Shown here: one piece after another, positions 8,054-9,987 of the stretch | How positions within the stretch are numbered: position 1 is the stretch's first letter | How the letters are laid out: each line of letters begins with the position of its first letter | Source of the DNA: Octopus sinensis | Lineage: Eukaryota | Reading direction: 5' to 3' | NCBI RefSeq assembly: GCF_006345805.1 | Contig: NW_021827740.1 | Coordinates: 1 to 9,987, forward strand | Length of the DNA stretch: 9,987 nt | The notes under the pieces: model-generated | What the model saw: only the letters and a program-made list of their open reading frames with translations | Told to the model about the DNA's origin: nothing | Databases searched by the model: none | Program-made: the position numbers and the translations under genes

Positions 8054-8669
8054 ATATTGTTATATTTCGGAATGGTCATATTGCCAGTTTAGCCAATAAA
8101 AACACACGCAGTATATATTTGGTGTTATTTTGCTTCATTGTCATTTATTTTTTACCTTAATCTTAATTTTATTTTTTTTCGATTCGATTTATTATTATTA
8201 TTACTAGTATTGTTGTTATACATACATACAAACTTACAAGCATATGTAATGATAATAATAAGTGGATGTAAATACATGAACAAAATAAGAATAAACAAAA
8301 ACAACAAAAACAAAATACAAATTACATGAACATATATAAACAGAAGATACAAATATTACAGGCATCCCCCCACATACACACACTAAATAAACATAGACGC
8401 ACATAGAGATATAAGCATGCGCAAATGAAGACATACAATAGAAATACAAAATGGCTGACGGTTAGTAAGGAGAGACACAAATAAGAAAGAAGAAAACAAA
8501 GGACCACTGATGCGATCACAGGAGTGTGACGAAAGAACTCTGGCCGAAATAAGATTAAGATTAATGTAAAAAAAATAAATAACACTGAAGCAAAATAACA
8601 CCAAATATATAGTACGTGTGTTTTTATTGGCTGAACTGGCAATATGACCATTCCGAAATATAACAATAT
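8054..8669 (+). mobile_element. Fold-back element with about 120-bp terminal inverted repeats and an internal degenerate HHR (putative PLE derivative)
   Basis: 8054-8174 (atattgttatatttcggaatggtcatattgccag...) is the reverse complement of 8547-8669 with few mismatches. The spacer is about 370 bp of A-rich sequence. The left flank is (TA)n. Confidence 0.65.
8501..8546 (+). ncRNA. Degenerate type I HHR-like motif
   Basis: Reads GGACCA-CTGATGC-GA-TCAC(AGGAGT)GTGA-C-GAAA-G(AA)CT-C-TGGCCG. Stem I is GGACCA/TGGCCG (4 of 6 pairs), stem II is TCAC/GTGA and stem III is AG/CT with a 2-nt loop. The predicted cut is after CUC (8540|8541). Core A9 is C. Confidence 0.45.
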
Positions 8670-8724
8670 CTGTTTCAACACACGACTTCACATAAAAAAT
8701 CTTGCACAACAAATATTTAAACGT

Positions 8725-8727
8725 ATA

Positions 8728-8766
<39 letters not shown>

Positions 8767-8922
8767 CATACATACATTCATTCATACATACACTCACACA
8801 CACACACACACATATATATATAAGCATATATATATACATGCAATATATATGTGTACATATATATTGTGTATGCGCAATGTGGCTATGCATGTGTGTGTGT
8901 ATGTGTGTGTGTGTGCGTGCGC
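8725..8922. repeat. Compound (TA)n/(CATA)n/(CA)n/(TG)n microsatellite
   Basis: Read directly. Confidence 0.9.
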
Positions 8923-8944
8923 GCTTGATTGTGGGCTCAGATTT

Positions 8945-9080
8945 GTCGATGGTTAAGAAGTTGGCTTCGCAATCATAATTCGATGGGTATGATCCTACCC
9001 CGTAGCAATGTGGCTAAATATAATTTTTTTATAGAGCTCAGATCGACGAATATTTTAATTGAAACTGAGGAGGAAGAAAC
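8945..9080 (+). mobile_element. Highly degenerate tRNA-SINE, probably related to 3098-3482
   Basis: ggttaagaagttggcttcgcaatcat...gaaactgaggaggaagaaacc aligns loosely with that family's head (ggtaagaagtttgcttcccaaccacat...gaaaactgaaagaagc). Confidence 0.4.
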
Positions 9081-9644
9081 CACCTACCACATAGAACTAC
9101 ATTGGGTGGAATGCAGCGGTAATTCAACCGCGCACTAAGGCCTTGTCACAGAAAAACCTTTTATTACTTCATATAGTGCTTTGCAATGGCTCGCTGTTGT
9201 AGGAGCATGGTGAATTGACAGATGAACGTCGCACGTGTTAGGCCAATGCAACAGTTATAGTCGTTAAGTTTATAACTCTCAATTTTCCACTCTCATTCAT
9301 AAAACATGCTGGTCACTCATAGCATGTCTTGTTATGCTAAACAATTTTGTACTGGAGTGTTGTTTGTACTATATTGCTAATGTCGGTTTGTAGCTAGCTG
9401 TAATGCAGTTTAGTTTCTGTTTTACGAGATTTTTTATTATTATGTGTTCATCTGGCTATAATTAGTATTTATATAGCTCAGAGGATCAACTTTATTATGT
9501 GTGTATTTTTAATAAGTTTTGTGTATCTAAAATATATATTTCATTGCATTTCTTCCTGCATTATTTTATGGTTTGGTTAGCTGGTTTGATTGAATAGCTG
9601 AATAACGGTTGTTCGTTGGTGTCTTAACGTTTGTTTAATTTGCG

Positions 9645-9805
9645 CACGCGAATATAAATATAAATATATGTGTTTGTGTTTGTGTGTGTGTGGTTGTTTA
9701 TGTACAAAATACATACGAACATGCACACATGGTTACATATATACCTATATATATATATTCATATGTATGTGTGTATGTATGTATAGAGAGAACTAGAGAG
9801 AGAAA
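9645..9805. repeat. Degenerate (TA)/(TG)/(TATG)/(AG) low-complexity tract
   Basis: Read directly. Confidence 0.75.
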
Positions 9806-9987
9806 AGTAAGAAATATGTTTTGACAAATACTTGGTGTTTCTATTTATTCTCAAATCAATTGAATTAATGTTTCTATGGAAGAATAAAAAATATATTGAA
9901 CCCTCATCGGTTTCGCTGATCGATAATCCAGTCGATCAATGATCTGAACCACTACTTACTTACTGTGTAATAGAATAGTAGAAGTCG

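Noticed and set aside
7881-8099. 72-aa ORF (MGMRTYVRNFFKTPDEGWWVYQPKRCV...)
   Set aside because: It spans the palindromic element's HHR arm and a (TA)n run. The sequence is better explained as RNA structure.
8322-8712. 119-aa and 109-aa minus-strand ORFs
   Set aside because: They have non-ATG starts and are hydrophobic only because the strand is T-rich. They lie inside the fold-back element.

Overview
AT-rich, repeat-dominated eukaryotic non-coding DNA (intronic or intergenic). The repeat families resemble those I recall from coleoid cephalopods, most likely Octopus; this assignment is from recognition, not a database search. No protein-coding gene is supported, and nearly all supplied ORFs are translations of microsatellites. 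The window holds several tRNA-derived SINEs (one tail-to-tail pair), a probable LINE 3' fragment embedded in an (ATT)n tract, a pogo/Tigger-like end and many compound microsatellites. The most interesting signal is four minimal type I hammerhead-ribozyme (HHR) motifs from three sequence-unrelated repeat families (6059-6093 -, 7835-7880 -, 7916-7961 +, 8501-8546 +). They have the loopless or near-loopless stem III known from Penelope-like retroelements (PLEs). Two of the host elements are fold-back (inverted-repeat) structures, and they cluster with a third hairpin within 7563-8669. Three of the four motifs carry core mutations and are probably inactive.
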